Shown piece after piece: positions 40,868 through 50,920 of a stretch of DNA of 64,000 nucleotides (positions within the stretch are counted from its first letter, which is position 1; each line of letters opens with the position of its first letter). Source of the DNA: Candidatus Dojkabacteria bacterium. Its GTDB lineage: Bacteria; Patescibacteriota; Dojkabacteria; J137. The stretch spans positions 36,007 through 100,006 of the forward strand of contig AP024679.1 of the NCBI GenBank assembly GCA_025999215.1, written 5' to 3'. The notes under the pieces were generated by a model. It was given only the letters and a program-made list of their open reading frames with translations, ran no database searches and was not told where the DNA came from. Position numbers and translations under genes: made by a program.

Positions 40868-41798
40868 TATTAATCAAATTAAAAATTTTAAATGTTGTTT
40901 CTTCAATGTCTTTTTCACTAAAAAAATTAATGTCATCCAATTTTGAATGATAAATTGTCATCAGTTTATTCAAATCACAAGAAAACATTCGGGTTTGACT
41001 GAAAACAGACTGATCTTTGATTGGAAAACCTAGCATCAAAGTTTCTACATCATTATAAACTTTAAGCTCACCAAAAGCTATGCAATCAACGATTAAATGT
41101 TTAGCTTTGTTAAAGATTGTACTATATTCTTTTTCAAATTGCCTATATCCATAACCCCAATATGTAGGAAAATCGTAAGAGAGTTCTTCATTTCCAGAAA
41201 ACACAAAAAGTGAATTCTCGAGAATTAAAGAATTTTTTGATAAAAGATTTAGCATCACTAAAGTTCCACTCAAATTATCAACGACTCCATTTTCAACTGT
41301 ATCAAGGTGAGAATAAACGATAAATTCAGGATTTTGAAAATTTCCAACCAAAACATTAGCGGTAGTATAATTGTATTTTTCAACTTCAATGTAGCTTTTT
41401 ATGTTTCGGCTTTTCTTTGTTTTTGATGAATTCAAAAACACTTGGCTTGACCGCCCATGAAGGAGTCCTTTCGTAAAGGTGTGTTTGGAGATTGCGCTGC
41501 AATGTGGATTAGTAGCGATATAATTTCTTTCGAAATCTAAGTCTTCTTCAAACGTACTTAACGTAAAATCATTTTGCTCACCTGATTCAAAGCATATCGG
41601 CTCCGCTTCAATCTTTTGACCATCAATTTCTAACCCATAATCCTTGTAAACGGGAACACTATTTTTAAATTGTTGGATAACAGGGTTAAATTCTTTCAAA
41701 AAATCAACCAAAATTTCTGTTGCCGCCTCTTCTCCTTGGGCATTTCTTTTAATCAGGTTTTTTTGAATAACTTTTTCTAGAAATTTTTTATAATTCAT
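40857..41798 (-). CDS. M28-like zinc peptidase
   Basis: Motifs YSHLDTV (HxD), DNLSG and GNEELSY (EE) in the order expected for M28 metal ligands. Confidence 0.45.
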   Translation of the reverse strand: MNYKKFLEKVIQKNLIKRNAQGEEAATEILVDFLKEFNPVIQQFKNSVPVYKDYGLEIDGQKIEAEPICFESGEQNDFTLSTFEEDLDFERNYIATNPHCSAISKHTFTKGLLHGRSSQVFLNSSKTKKSRNIKSYIEVEKYNYTTANVLVGNFQNPEFIVYSHLDTVENGVVDNLSGTLVMLNLLSKNSLILENSLFVFSGNEELSYDFPTYWGYGYRQFEKEYSTIFNKAKHLIVDCIAFGELKVYNDVETLMLGFPIKDQSVFSQTRMFSCDLNKLMTIYHSKLDDINFFSEKDIEETTFKIFNLINNEK

Positions 41799-41820
41799 AA
41801 TGTAACTTTAACTAAAACGA

Positions 41821-42912
41821 TTATACTTCATTTTTTACAAAATTCTGGAGAATATTATAGAACTCAATCAAACTATCTATATCTACCCATTCCTCGTCGC
41901 TTGCAATTCCACCTCCGATTGGTCCAAACTCTACTGCTGGTATCCCTATACGTGCGTAGTGCCTTGCATCGGAAGAACCCATAGCAGAATAAAATTTTTG
42001 TTTTCTTTTTGTTATTTGCTCAGTGATAGATTTTAATTGTTGCAAATAAGCATTATTTTCTTCAACATTTAGACACGGTTCGTCAACTACAATCTCAACA
42101 CCATCCGCCCTACTTTCTTTTTAATTTTTTCTATCAAACCTTCTTTATCTTCTGGTAAATATCTCAAATCCAAACTTAAAATACATTCATCAGGAATTTT
42201 ATTGAAAGCTTTATTGTTTGTTTCAATGTTACTAAAATTTACAGAAGTTACCCAGACATTTTTTTCTTGAGTTTTTGGAATAGGAAACAATTTCAAAATT
42301 CTTCTCAATTGCTTCACTTGCTTTGCTGGATTGAATTTAGCCCAAGCCAAGGATAAGCTCCATGAGCTGTTTTTCCTTTAAATTTTAGTTTAAGCCATAC
42401 TATTCCTCTTGCCCTTTATTGACTATATCAAAATTTGTAGCTTCACCTGCTATCACAAACTTTGCTCGAACGCCTTGATCAATCTGATATTTCGTTCCAT
42501 AAAACCCTCCCACCTCTTCGTCAGTAACTATTTGTAGGGCAACTGAAGTGTTGGTTTTGTGAGCTATATCTCTAAAAGCATAAACCATACTAGCAATATT
42601 GCCTTTCATATCCATGCTCCCAATACCATAAATTTTATTATCTTCTATTCTAGCCTGATATTTTTCAAATTTTGCAGGTATGACATCTAAGTGCCCGTTA
42701 AGGATTAAATCAAAGTTTCTGTGTCCTGTTGATTTGTTGTGAATCAGTAAACTTTTGTAGCCATTACTTTCAAACTCTTCGATCGTATAGTCAGTTAGCT
42801 CACTTTTAACAATTTCTAAACTATTTTCTAATTCGGCAAAATTAGTAGGGTTAGTTTTTATTTCAATGAGTTTAACTGCAAGGTCGATTATTTTTTGTTT
42901 TATTTGTTTCAC
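41821..42912 (-). CDS. M20 family metallopeptidase (ArgE/DapE/CPG2-like), split into three ORFs by two frameshifts
   Basis: Piece 1 carries GHLDVIPAK...YGIGSMDMKG. Pieces 2 and 3 carry the C-terminal dimerisation and catalytic part (...GSSDARHY...IPAVEFGP). Gaps lie at about 42060 and about 42370. Confidence 0.65.
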
Positions 42913-42973
42913 AGCATTTGATTAAACTATAAGTTTAATTTTTTTAATTTGCAAAGATTCAGTTTTGTATTGT

Positions 42974-43426
42974 TTATGGTTCAAGCGCTAATTCGTGTTG
43001 TCTTGAACTTTCTCTTTTAGACGCATTTCCGCCTGAGCCGGCTCTTATTTCTTTCCAATTGTAAAAATTTTTTCCAAATTTTTCATAAAATTCTTGAAAT
43101 TTGTCATTAAAAATTTCAGAAATTTGCGCCTTAATTTTGAAATCTGAAATCTGCTTTCCTGCAGCAATCATGAAAATCCCTTTTTTAGCTAGGCGTTTCT
43201 GTTCTCGCTTTGATTTTGGCTGCCGACAAACCTGCAATGCAATATTTATTTCAATTTCATTAATTTTAAACTTTAATAGCACATCTGTCTTCGCGCCATA
43301 ATCCAAGTCAGGACTTGCTTCTACTGTAAACCCCATTGCTTTGGCTATTTCTTTAACACGCTCTTCAGCTCTCTTACCTACTTCTTGAGCTTCTCTCCCT
43401 TGATTTTGTCTTAGCTTTTCTTTCAT
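42974..43426 (-). CDS. small hypothetical protein, possibly restriction-endonuclease-like (PD-(D/E)xK-type fold, loosely reminiscent of archaeal Holliday-junction resolvase Hjc)
   Basis: The N-terminus GKRAEERVKEIAKAMGFTVEASPDLDYGAKTDVLLKF loosely resembles Hjc/restriction-endonuclease-fold N-termini (GS.ER.....L...GF.V.R...S.....D.IA). No canonical E-x-K (catalytic lysine) triad was identified, so the call is weak. Confidence 0.3.
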   Translation of the reverse strand: MKEKLRQNQGREAQEVGKRAEERVKEIAKAMGFTVEASPDLDYGAKTDVLLKFKINEIEINIALQVCRQPKSKREQKRLAKKGIFMIAAGKQISDFKIKAQISEIFNDKFQEFYEKFGKNFYNWKEIRAGSGGNASKRESSRQHELALEP

Positions 43427-43482
43427 AGAAATGAATACACTAACGAATTAAAATATTTAAAAATGCATAAATAAACTATTTT

Positions 43483-44955
43483 TTATGCTTCTAATTGATT
43501 AACATCTCTTGAATGCGTTTGTTGGTTTGGAACATCCTTTCTTACGTTCGTCATATCAACAAAAAATTTAAAAATCTCGAAAATAATGTGTTGCAAAGCT
43601 TGTAACAAAGCTTCTTTAGATTCAAATTTATTTTCCTTAATTCGGTTTATCGCATCTTGGTGAATATTAATGATCATAGAAACATATTCGCTCCTTTGAT
43701 TATCGTCTAATCTTATGTAGTGACCTGTATTTTCTACATAGCCGTTTATTTGAGATAAATCAGGGATTTGAAGAGCGCCAGCATCCCTAAAAATATCATT
43801 TACAATTTCTAAAACTGCCACTACGACATCTTTGCTAGGTAATAAGAGAGAAACATCTTCTTGCCACTTTTCTTGAATATATGGTTGTTCTGGTGGGACT
43901 CCTCTCAGCGTAAGTCCATGTGTTTGGGCTTGGTTTATGAAATCTTGCAGTGGATTTATCATGAAGCCTCCAAGATCTTCCATCCAAAAAACATCAACAT
44001 CAAGCATTGCATTTAATGCCATGAAAATTCCTGGGTATATGCCTGAATAATAAGTTTCAGCAGTTGGTCGACATAAAACAGTTTCGTTACTCCTTATTGC
44101 TTCAATTAGTGCGTTCTGATCAACTGTCTCAAACTCATTATTTCCATCTGAATATGTGTTCATTTTCCGGAAAACTCGACCTTGACTTACTACATAATAT
44201 TGTGTTGTTGTACCTTCCCCATAAATCACAAATCCAAATGGTTTATTTGGTAGCGAAACTTGGTCATAATTCTCAGTTGGAGGAGAACTTAGTCCTTCTA
44301 ATATATTTAAGACTGCATCCTTGAAAAAAGCGTCTAAATCTAGTTCTGGTACTTTACAAACAGGAATCATTTCTACGTACATATTCATAAGTTTGGTATA
44401 AAAATCTTTTAAGTCCAAAATTTCATCAGAGTTATTATATTCGGTATCTTTACCCAACAAAGTTTTTGCCATATTATTAGCATTTTTTGGAACAACAGAA
44501 TGATTATGCAATGGGTGACCTGCTTTCCCTCCATTTTCATGAAGACTTTTATGCTGGGATATCCTAGGCCTTACACTTTTATCTTGGATGTAAGGTCTGT
44601 CTGATGGCATATTGAATTTTAGAACTTGTGGAATTATAGTTCTATACTTCTCTATATTTTGTGACGAAAATATATCATTAAGATCTAGAACTATATATTT
44701 TGCGCCAACTAATGAAGCTGCAATTGCGCCTGCTATATTTCTCACATTTGGAACATTTAAGTGCTGGACTGATATTACTACTGGATCTGTTTCACCATTT
44801 AATATTGTTTGAATATATTTTCCAAAATGTGACCGTACTAAATCACAATACTCTCTAATACCAAACATATTCTCCATAAATTCATTAATAATCTTAATAC
44901 GCTCGCCTCTATTTTCATAATTTGGCTCTGATTCATTAAAGTAATTTAGCTCCAT
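43483..44955 (-). CDS. hypothetical protein (490 aa), no recognisable domain; composition is less AT-biased than its neighbours
   Basis: Long intact ORF. It is preceded by the promoter / structured leader / terminator described below. Confidence 0.4.
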   Translation of the reverse strand: MELNYFNESEPNYENRGERIKIINEFMENMFGIREYCDLVRSHFGKYIQTILNGETDPVVISVQHLNVPNVRNIAGAIAASLVGAKYIVLDLNDIFSSQNIEKYRTIIPQVLKFNMPSDRPYIQDKSVRPRISQHKSLHENGGKAGHPLHNHSVVPKNANNMAKTLLGKDTEYNNSDEILDLKDFYTKLMNMYVEMIPVCKVPELDLDAFFKDAVLNILEGLSSPPTENYDQVSLPNKPFGFVIYGEGTTTQYYVVSQGRVFRKMNTYSDGNNEFETVDQNALIEAIRSNETVLCRPTAETYYSGIYPGIFMALNAMLDVDVFWMEDLGGFMINPLQDFINQAQTHGLTLRGVPPEQPYIQEKWQEDVSLLLPSKDVVVAVLEIVNDIFRDAGALQIPDLSQINGYVENTGHYIRLDDNQRSEYVSMIINIHQDAINRIKENKFESKEALLQALQHIIFEIFKFFVDMTNVRKDVPNQQTHSRDVNQLEA

Positions 44956-44985
44956 CTATTCAAACATAAAAGCTATAACAAAAAC

Positions 44986-45009
44986 TAAAAAATCTCCCTT
45001 TCGGGAGAT
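44986..45009 (-). terminator. rho-independent terminator (stem UCUCCC-GAAA-GGGAGA followed by UUUUUU) located 30 nt upstream of the 43483..44955 start codon
   Basis: Perfect 7-bp inverted repeat ATCTCCC/GGGAGAT at 44992-45009 with an A6-7 run at 44986-44992 on the plus strand, which is a U-run on the minus strand. Confidence 0.5.
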
Positions 45010-45091
45010 TAATATTTATTTACCATCTCCCCTACCTCTAGATATTCACTAGAGATAAGATGATATTTGAGCAGATGGTAAAGTTTTTCAT
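44986..45091 (-). ncRNA. candidate small structured RNA or cis-regulatory leader (~106 nt), containing a 17-codon mini-ORF (MKNFTICSNIILSLVNI)
   Basis: Minus-strand sigma70-like promoter TTGACA-17nt-TAGAAT (plus coordinates 45097-45125). Predicted transcript GUGUCAUGAAAAACU[UUACCAUCU]GCUCAAAUAUCAUCUUAU[CUCUAG]UGAAUAU[CUAGAG]GUAGGGG[AGAUGGUAA]AUAAAUAUUAA[UCUCCC]GAAA[GGGAGA]UUUUUU. It has a 9-bp outer stem, a nested 6-bp hairpin and a terminator hairpin followed by a U-run. Confidence 0.35.
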
Positions 45092-45096
45092 GACAC

Positions 45097-45125
45097 ATTC
45101 TAGCATAGTCAGCGTAGTTTGTCAA
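45097..45125 (-). promoter_or_regulatory. sigma70-like promoter (-35 TTGACA, 17-nt spacer, -10 TAGAAT) reading leftward
   Basis: Plus strand 45120-45125 TGTCAA (reverse complement TTGACA); 45097-45102 ATTCTA (reverse complement TAGAAT); the spacer 45103-45119 is 17 nt. Confidence 0.4.
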
Positions 45126-45189
45126 CACATTTTGCTCTAAAACTCAAAACATTATTAACAAATTATGCTTTTTAATTTATACTTTTATA

Positions 45190-48171
45190 ATGATCTCAGA
45201 AAGTTTAAGGAAAATAGTCAAAAAATCTAACATCCTTGCAATTTTATTTGCATTAGTTGCAATTTTTTCAGTAAGCAATATTTCGAGTCAAATAGAAGAA
45301 GGGAGAATTATACCTTTCGGGATACTCAACAATGTTTTTGCTGAATTTTCTCGGTCTGCACCAAACAGCACGAAACTTGCTAAAAATTTATCAACATCAT
45401 CAAATATCCAAGACCAATCGGATAGATGCCAAATTGTTGACCCAAATAGACCTGATATTTTAACTGCTTGGGAATACGAGGGAGTCAGTGGCGCTCAAAT
45501 TAAAGGAGATAATATTGCTGGAGCTAACCCTGGAGTTTCTTATGGAGCAGGCTTTGATGCGCCCAAAGATGAGACCGTTAGAGATTACGCAAGTAGTCTC
45601 GGAATGAGTTATAATCTTGCTATATTTAGTGCACCAAATGAAGTTGGCAATGCGATTGCATTTGTGAATGCCAACATTGATGCTGGATTCATACCCATCG
45701 TAAGGCTTTGCGTTGCAGTTGCTGATTCATGCCAATTTAATAGCCCAAACGATGTAATTGGTTTTTATACAGCGCTTCACGATGGAGCTAACGGAGAATT
45801 TATAGCTATGGTTGGACCAAATGAGCCCGGAACTGGTGAAGATGGTTACATTGAAATGAATGGATTTGGCGGAATCAATTCTTATGCTCAAATAATAAAT
45901 TTTGTAAACGAAGCTGCTACAGGACTTCAAAAGTATAGAAGCATTAATGGAGGAAAAATGTATTTATCCCCTGGAGCTTTTAACCTAACCAATCCAATAA
46001 ACCGTGATGTATATGAGTATCTCTACAATCCATCAAACCCAAAGCTCAAAATTAATTTGTTTGATTATCTTATGGGAAATGTCTATGCTCAAGGCGAGCC
46101 TGCTGTTAAAAATGTGCCCTACCCTTACGCAACTTACAGAGATGGAGAAAACCATGATGGAAATGGACTTGGTAATTTTGCGGAAGAAAATAATATTCCT
46201 GTGATTTTGACAGAATTTGGCATTTTCAAAGAAGCAGGTGATAGTAAAACAGTTCTTTTAAATGAAGCTATAGAATCTTTTAAGTTATTTTGCGCAGATG
46301 AAACAATTGCTGGAGTGTTGTTTTTTCAATCATTTTTAAATGACGATGGAACAGTTTTAATAAGTGATATAGAGCAAAGAAAGGAATTTCATGGGTTAAC
46401 CAAACAAGAACATAGCTTAATAATTGGAGACTGTACGAAATCTAGTCCATTTAAAGATTGGGCATGGGCTAACTGTAATTTTGACTCTTGTATCTATAAA
46501 GATTATGAGTATGATCCAAAATCAACTGCATCAGCTTGTGGTGTTGAAGATAAACCTTTAACGGGTGATGGTAAACCTGCACTCAAAGTCGTATGCTCTA
46601 ATGGAATTTGTAGTACCAGAGCTATTAAGACTATCGATATTGGAATGCCAATTAGACATTTTGGAGGAAATAGTTTAAATGGTTCACCAACTCACCAGTA
46701 CCCATCAATTTGTAGTGAACTTTCAACTCAATTTGCAAATAAAAATTATGACACCATAAACCAATTTGCAGGTGTAATTAACATGGGTGGAACCCAATAC
46801 CCAATGCCATGGCTTGGATCGGCTATAAATTGCGCGAGCCAATTATTGCTAGCTACTCAAGAATTTGCATACCTTACACCAGATAAATATACATTTAACC
46901 CACATCCAGGAAGTAAAATTGAAGAAATCGTTAACGAAATAAACTCAGACGAAATTTACGGCATGCCATGGGAAACATACAACGGCGCTATACCAGGCGA
47001 ACCACTTTATGATGCAGCGCCAACCATGAATGAAACGCGCTCAATTATCGATGAAGCAGCAATATGCTTGATGCGCGATGAAGCAACTGATCTGGACGAT
47101 AGATTATTTTGCCTTGATAAACGAAAAAATCCCAACCAAGTATTTGCTTTCAACGATTATGATCCGTACAAAAGCGATTTAGAGTGGGAAAAGTCTACCT
47201 GCAACACAAATATGGTCTATAGAAAAGACCCCAAAAATATGATCTATGGACCTGAAATTCAAGTGTCAGACATTGAGACAGTAGAAACTATTTCTGAATC
47301 AGAACTATGTTATGAATTTGCACGCAGAAACTCAGAAGGAGTAACCTCAAAAATACTAGCAGGTGTTGATTATCCTAGGTATTTCCCTGATGGTGACACA
47401 TCTAACGCTACTCCAAATTGTCAAATAGATCGTACAAAATTTGTAAATGGAGTTTCATGTGCTGCTCTTAGTTGTTCAAGCTCTGATATTTTAAAAGGAA
47501 AATGTAAGGCTGACTTAAGGTTTAAAGATTGTTTTAACTATGTAAATTCTTCACAATCAAGTGAACATCAAATTTATTTGAAAGCAGATAGCAATGTTTT
47601 CGCGCAAGTTCCACAAGTTGAAATAGAAGGAATTTACGATGCTTTGTACTGGATGTACCTACGCACTCAAAATTCTTTCAAAAATAAAAAATTCAAAATA
47701 GTATTTAGAGAAAACATCGGAATGAATGTTGAGGTAAACTCTAAAATTAGGGATGCCAACAGAGGAAAAGATGATGCGCTTAATCCGAAATTTCCAGCTG
47801 GCGAGTCCGAAAATCTGTACGCTCAGGAATTAAACTCTTGTGAAGTGCCAGACAACATGTACTCGTATAACAACCTGCTAGCAAAAAATAGCCCAATTAA
47901 AACTCAATATCAATACTTTGATTGGCTTGGATATTTGGACATTTTGCAAGAAATACAGAAAGTTTATTTTGGTAACACTCATACTTGCCTGATATCAACT
48001 TTGAGACAAAATCTAGACTCTTTGGTACAGAGGGCAGCTCCAAATAGCGATAGAGAGTTTATTTTGGTGAGTGGTTCCGCGTTAAAAACAATGAGTTATC
48101 CCCTATTCACTTGTGATGAACTCAACTTAAGAATAGCCAAAGATCCATATTTTACGCTTATATGGAAATGA
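45190..48171 (+). CDS. large secreted protein: N-terminal TIM-barrel glycoside hydrolase of clan GH-A (GH5-like), plus a ~600-aa Cys-rich C-terminal region of unknown function
   Basis: Signal/TM ILAILFALVAIFSV. The MVGPNEPG (NEP acid/base motif) and ILTEFGIF (nucleophile motif) sit about 135 aa apart. There are many conserved Cys residues in the C-terminal half. Confidence 0.5.
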   Translation: MISESLRKIVKKSNILAILFALVAIFSVSNISSQIEEGRIIPFGILNNVFAEFSRSAPNSTKLAKNLSTSSNIQDQSDRCQIVDPNRPDILTAWEYEGVSGAQIKGDNIAGANPGVSYGAGFDAPKDETVRDYASSLGMSYNLAIFSAPNEVGNAIAFVNANIDAGFIPIVRLCVAVADSCQFNSPNDVIGFYTALHDGANGEFIAMVGPNEPGTGEDGYIEMNGFGGINSYAQIINFVNEAATGLQKYRSINGGKMYLSPGAFNLTNPINRDVYEYLYNPSNPKLKINLFDYLMGNVYAQGEPAVKNVPYPYATYRDGENHDGNGLGNFAEENNIPVILTEFGIFKEAGDSKTVLLNEAIESFKLFCADETIAGVLFFQSFLNDDGTVLISDIEQRKEFHGLTKQEHSLIIGDCTKSSPFKDWAWANCNFDSCIYKDYEYDPKSTASACGVEDKPLTGDGKPALKVVCSNGICSTRAIKTIDIGMPIRHFGGNSLNGSPTHQYPSICSELSTQFANKNYDTINQFAGVINMGGTQYPMPWLGSAINCASQLLLATQEFAYLTPDKYTFNPHPGSKIEEIVNEINSDEIYGMPWETYNGAIPGEPLYDAAPTMNETRSIIDEAAICLMRDEATDLDDRLFCLDKRKNPNQVFAFNDYDPYKSDLEWEKSTCNTNMVYRKDPKNMIYGPEIQVSDIETVETISESELCYEFARRNSEGVTSKILAGVDYPRYFPDGDTSNATPNCQIDRTKFVNGVSCAALSCSSSDILKGKCKADLRFKDCFNYVNSSQSSEHQIYLKADSNVFAQVPQVEIEGIYDALYWMYLRTQNSFKNKKFKIVFRENIGMNVEVNSKIRDANRGKDDALNPKFPAGESENLYAQELNSCEVPDNMYSYNNLLAKNSPIKTQYQYFDWLGYLDILQEIQKVYFGNTHTCLISTLRQNLDSLVQRAAPNSDREFILVSGSALKTMSYPLFTCDELNLRIAKDPYFTLIWK

Positions 48172-48309
48172 AAATTTAAAAATTACCTGCGTTACTGATT
48201 TAAGCGATGAAAGATACTCTGATGAATTAGGCGAATTTTTATGTTCCAAAGGATACGAAGTACCTGGCATTTGTGATAATTTATTCTGCCCTGTTCAAGT
48301 CAAGCCAAG

Positions 48310-50342
48310 TAAATACTGGTAACTGTCGTTGAGGACGGAATTATTGACGAAGGAGGAGTTTACGTGAAAGATTGACAAAGACGCTAAATATGTTGCCAGC
48401 CAAAGTAATGGCGGAAGTATTGTTGAACCAATTGAAAATTTTGTAGAAAAAACAGGTGCCAGTGTTGCTATAAATGCAAATTTATACAACCAATTTGGTG
48501 TTCCAGAAGGGCTGTACGGAGGGCAAGGTCAGATTTCATATGTAGTCCCCAGGTCCAGAGCGAAGTGACTACAAAATTTCAATGCTTATTGGTAATTTAA
48601 ATACTGATGCTCCGTACATAGCTGGTAATGTTGTAGCTGAACGTGATAATAAATTTTATTTAGTTGATATAAGTAAGTGGAATGCTTTGGATGCTAATAC
48701 TATTAACGCACTTACCCAAGGTACGTTAGCAGGAATAGATGTAGCAATTACCGGTTCGGCTATAGTTGGTGTAGATTCTCAAATTTATAAAGATTACACA
48801 ACAATGTCTTTAGAAGAATTTAATCAGAAACACTCATATTCTGACTACTTACAAAAAACTGTACGTACTATTATTGGATGGGATAACAGATCTAATGTTG
48901 TATTTTTAATTTTAGATAACGCAGACTTTTATACAATGCTTGAAAAGTCAGCTGAGGTAGGCATATCTTACGGAATAGTGATGGATGGAGGTGTATCATC
49001 ACAATTGTTTTATGAAAATGGATTTGAAAATGTTGATAGCAAGCTAAGAGAAAATAATCCAAAAGTTTATGATCCATCAGGTCAAGGACGTAGCGTAGCA
49101 GGTTATGTTGGAGCAATTTTAAATCAAACTTCTCAACAACTAACAAGAGCTTCCGCTACGGGCAATTTTTCGCTTATTTATCCTACAGATTATAAAGAAA
49201 TTGAGCATGAATCACTTGATTACGGTTATGAAAGATCAGAAACTTGGACGCATGCAGGACTTGATTTTGTAGGTACAAAAGGATCACCTATTTATGCATC
49301 AGCTTCAGGAACAGTTATTGTGGCTAGACCCGTAGAGCCAAACCACAACAGAGACGCTCAACCCTACGGAAATTTTGTGATGATAGAACACTCTAATGGT
49401 TATGTAACGCTTTATGCTCACTTGGATAAAATTTCGGTTAAAAAGGGTGATATTGTGCTTGCTGGAGACACGATAGGAACAATGGGTAATACTGGAAATG
49501 TATATTGTGAAGGTAACAGGCGTCCTAGTGGTCCTGATGATGATACTTGTGGTGTTCACTTACACTTTGAACTTAGAAAAAATAAAAATTGTAAATGGGA
49601 TGGTAACCCTCTAACTTCAGTCTTTGGTAGTTGTACTATGGATCCAAAACCATTTCTCTCTGGGTCAGTAAGAGGTAGACAAGTCTTTTGCGGTGTAGAT
49701 AACACTCTTAATCTTGATCAAACTGGTGTGCTTGGATGTAATTTGAACATAAAAGATATTAATGACAACCCAGATTTTGCAAAATTAACACCAATAATCT
49801 CAACTAGAATCAAATCTTACAACCTTGATGATAATTTGAGTCATACTTGGCTATATTCACCATACGAAAGTGAAGAATTATTTAACCAGATTAAAGATCA
49901 AAAATTTAATGGATCGTTTGATGCAGCAAAATTACATGCTCAATTCAGAAAAGAAGTTACAGATTTTGTAATCAGTAAATCAAAACAATTAGGAGTAAAT
50001 CCAAGATTAGCATTAACTCTTTGGATAGAAGAAAGTGGAGGAAGCGCGCTTGGCAGAGCTGCAATGGGTTGTCTATATTTCAGAGGCACTGCTCAAGAAA
50101 CATCTACTCTACCCCTTGATTATGATCCACTTGATGAAAGTTATAAACAAAAAACTTTAGATCATTTGAATGAGCAAATTGAGTGTTTAGCAAGTTATGT
50201 AAATGAATTTGATAACTTTAGAGAATTCATGTGTACATATTCTGGTGAATCTGATAGAAAAAATTGTCAAATATTTACAAACAATCCTAATTTTCCGGTA
50301 AATGTTTGTAGAATTTATAATTATCAAGAACAAAAATTCTAA
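48310..50342 (+). CDS. peptidoglycan hydrolase: phosphodiester-glycosidase (NAGPA-like) domain fused to an M23 (LytM/lysostaphin-like) metallopeptidase domain; N-terminal region frameshifted at least twice
   Basis: NAGPA-like KTGASVAINANLYNQFGVPEGLYGG...GIVMDGGVSSQLFYENG. M23 HAGLDFVGTKGSPIYASASGTVIVA...GNFVMIEHSNGYVTLYAHLD...GNTGNV...GVHLHFE. The upstream pieces (ILVTVVEDGIIDEGGVYVKD / KIDKDAKYVASQSNGGSIVEP...) lie in different frames. Confidence 0.6.
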
Positions 50343-50803
50343 TGAGTAAAACCAAGTCAAAAACAAAAGGGCGACTTTTTAGCTTAACTACTATTCTTAT
50401 GTTTAGTTTTGTTATTGCGCTTTCAGTTTTGACAGTGTTTTTAAATTTATATAACTCTAACGATACGAAGCCGCAAAACTCACAAAATGACGAAGGAATT
50501 ATCAACAACTTAAACAGAGATGAAGTGAATTTTGAAAATTTTGAAAACTTGGAAAATTACACACAATACGAGTTATTAATCAAAAATTTGCCATTTGAAA
50601 ACGATACGTTTACGGTTTCTTTAATATCTTTTGAAGATGAACAAAAACCTAAACTTTTAGTTAAAACGATTACGTTGAGTGGTAAAAGTGATTTTTCACG
50701 GTGGCTTAAAGCCTTTGGTTTGACAGAAAACGATGTAGAAGCAATTTATTCAAGCTCACCAGATAGTTCATTTGAGGGCGCATACGATGCTGAGAATATT
50801 TAA
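50342..50803 (+). CDS. membrane-anchored hypothetical protein (153 aa)
   Basis: N-terminal TM helix LFSLTTILMFSFVIALSVLTVFL. The start overlaps the stop of the upstream hydrolase (TAATG). Confidence 0.35.
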   Translation: MSKTKSKTKGRLFSLTTILMFSFVIALSVLTVFLNLYNSNDTKPQNSQNDEGIINNLNRDEVNFENFENLENYTQYELLIKNLPFENDTFTVSLISFEDEQKPKLLVKTITLSGKSDFSRWLKAFGLTENDVEAIYSSSPDSSFEGAYDAENI

Positions 50804-50920
50804 AATATTTATTTTTTATCCTTCACAACCTAACGCATGAAGTTTTAATTATTCCATAACTCTCAAAGCAAGCTTTTCTGTAAAAAGTATATTAAACTTT
50901 TTAAGCACCTAATCTTCAAT

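Noticed and set aside
45184-45192. TATAAT hexamer directly abutting or overlapping the ATG of 45190..48171, which might suggest a leaderless mRNA
   Set aside because: The hexamer overlaps the start codon itself, so a transcript initiating about 7 nt downstream would lack the ATG. No convincing -35 at the right spacing. More likely chance AT-rich sequence, with the real promoter further upstream.
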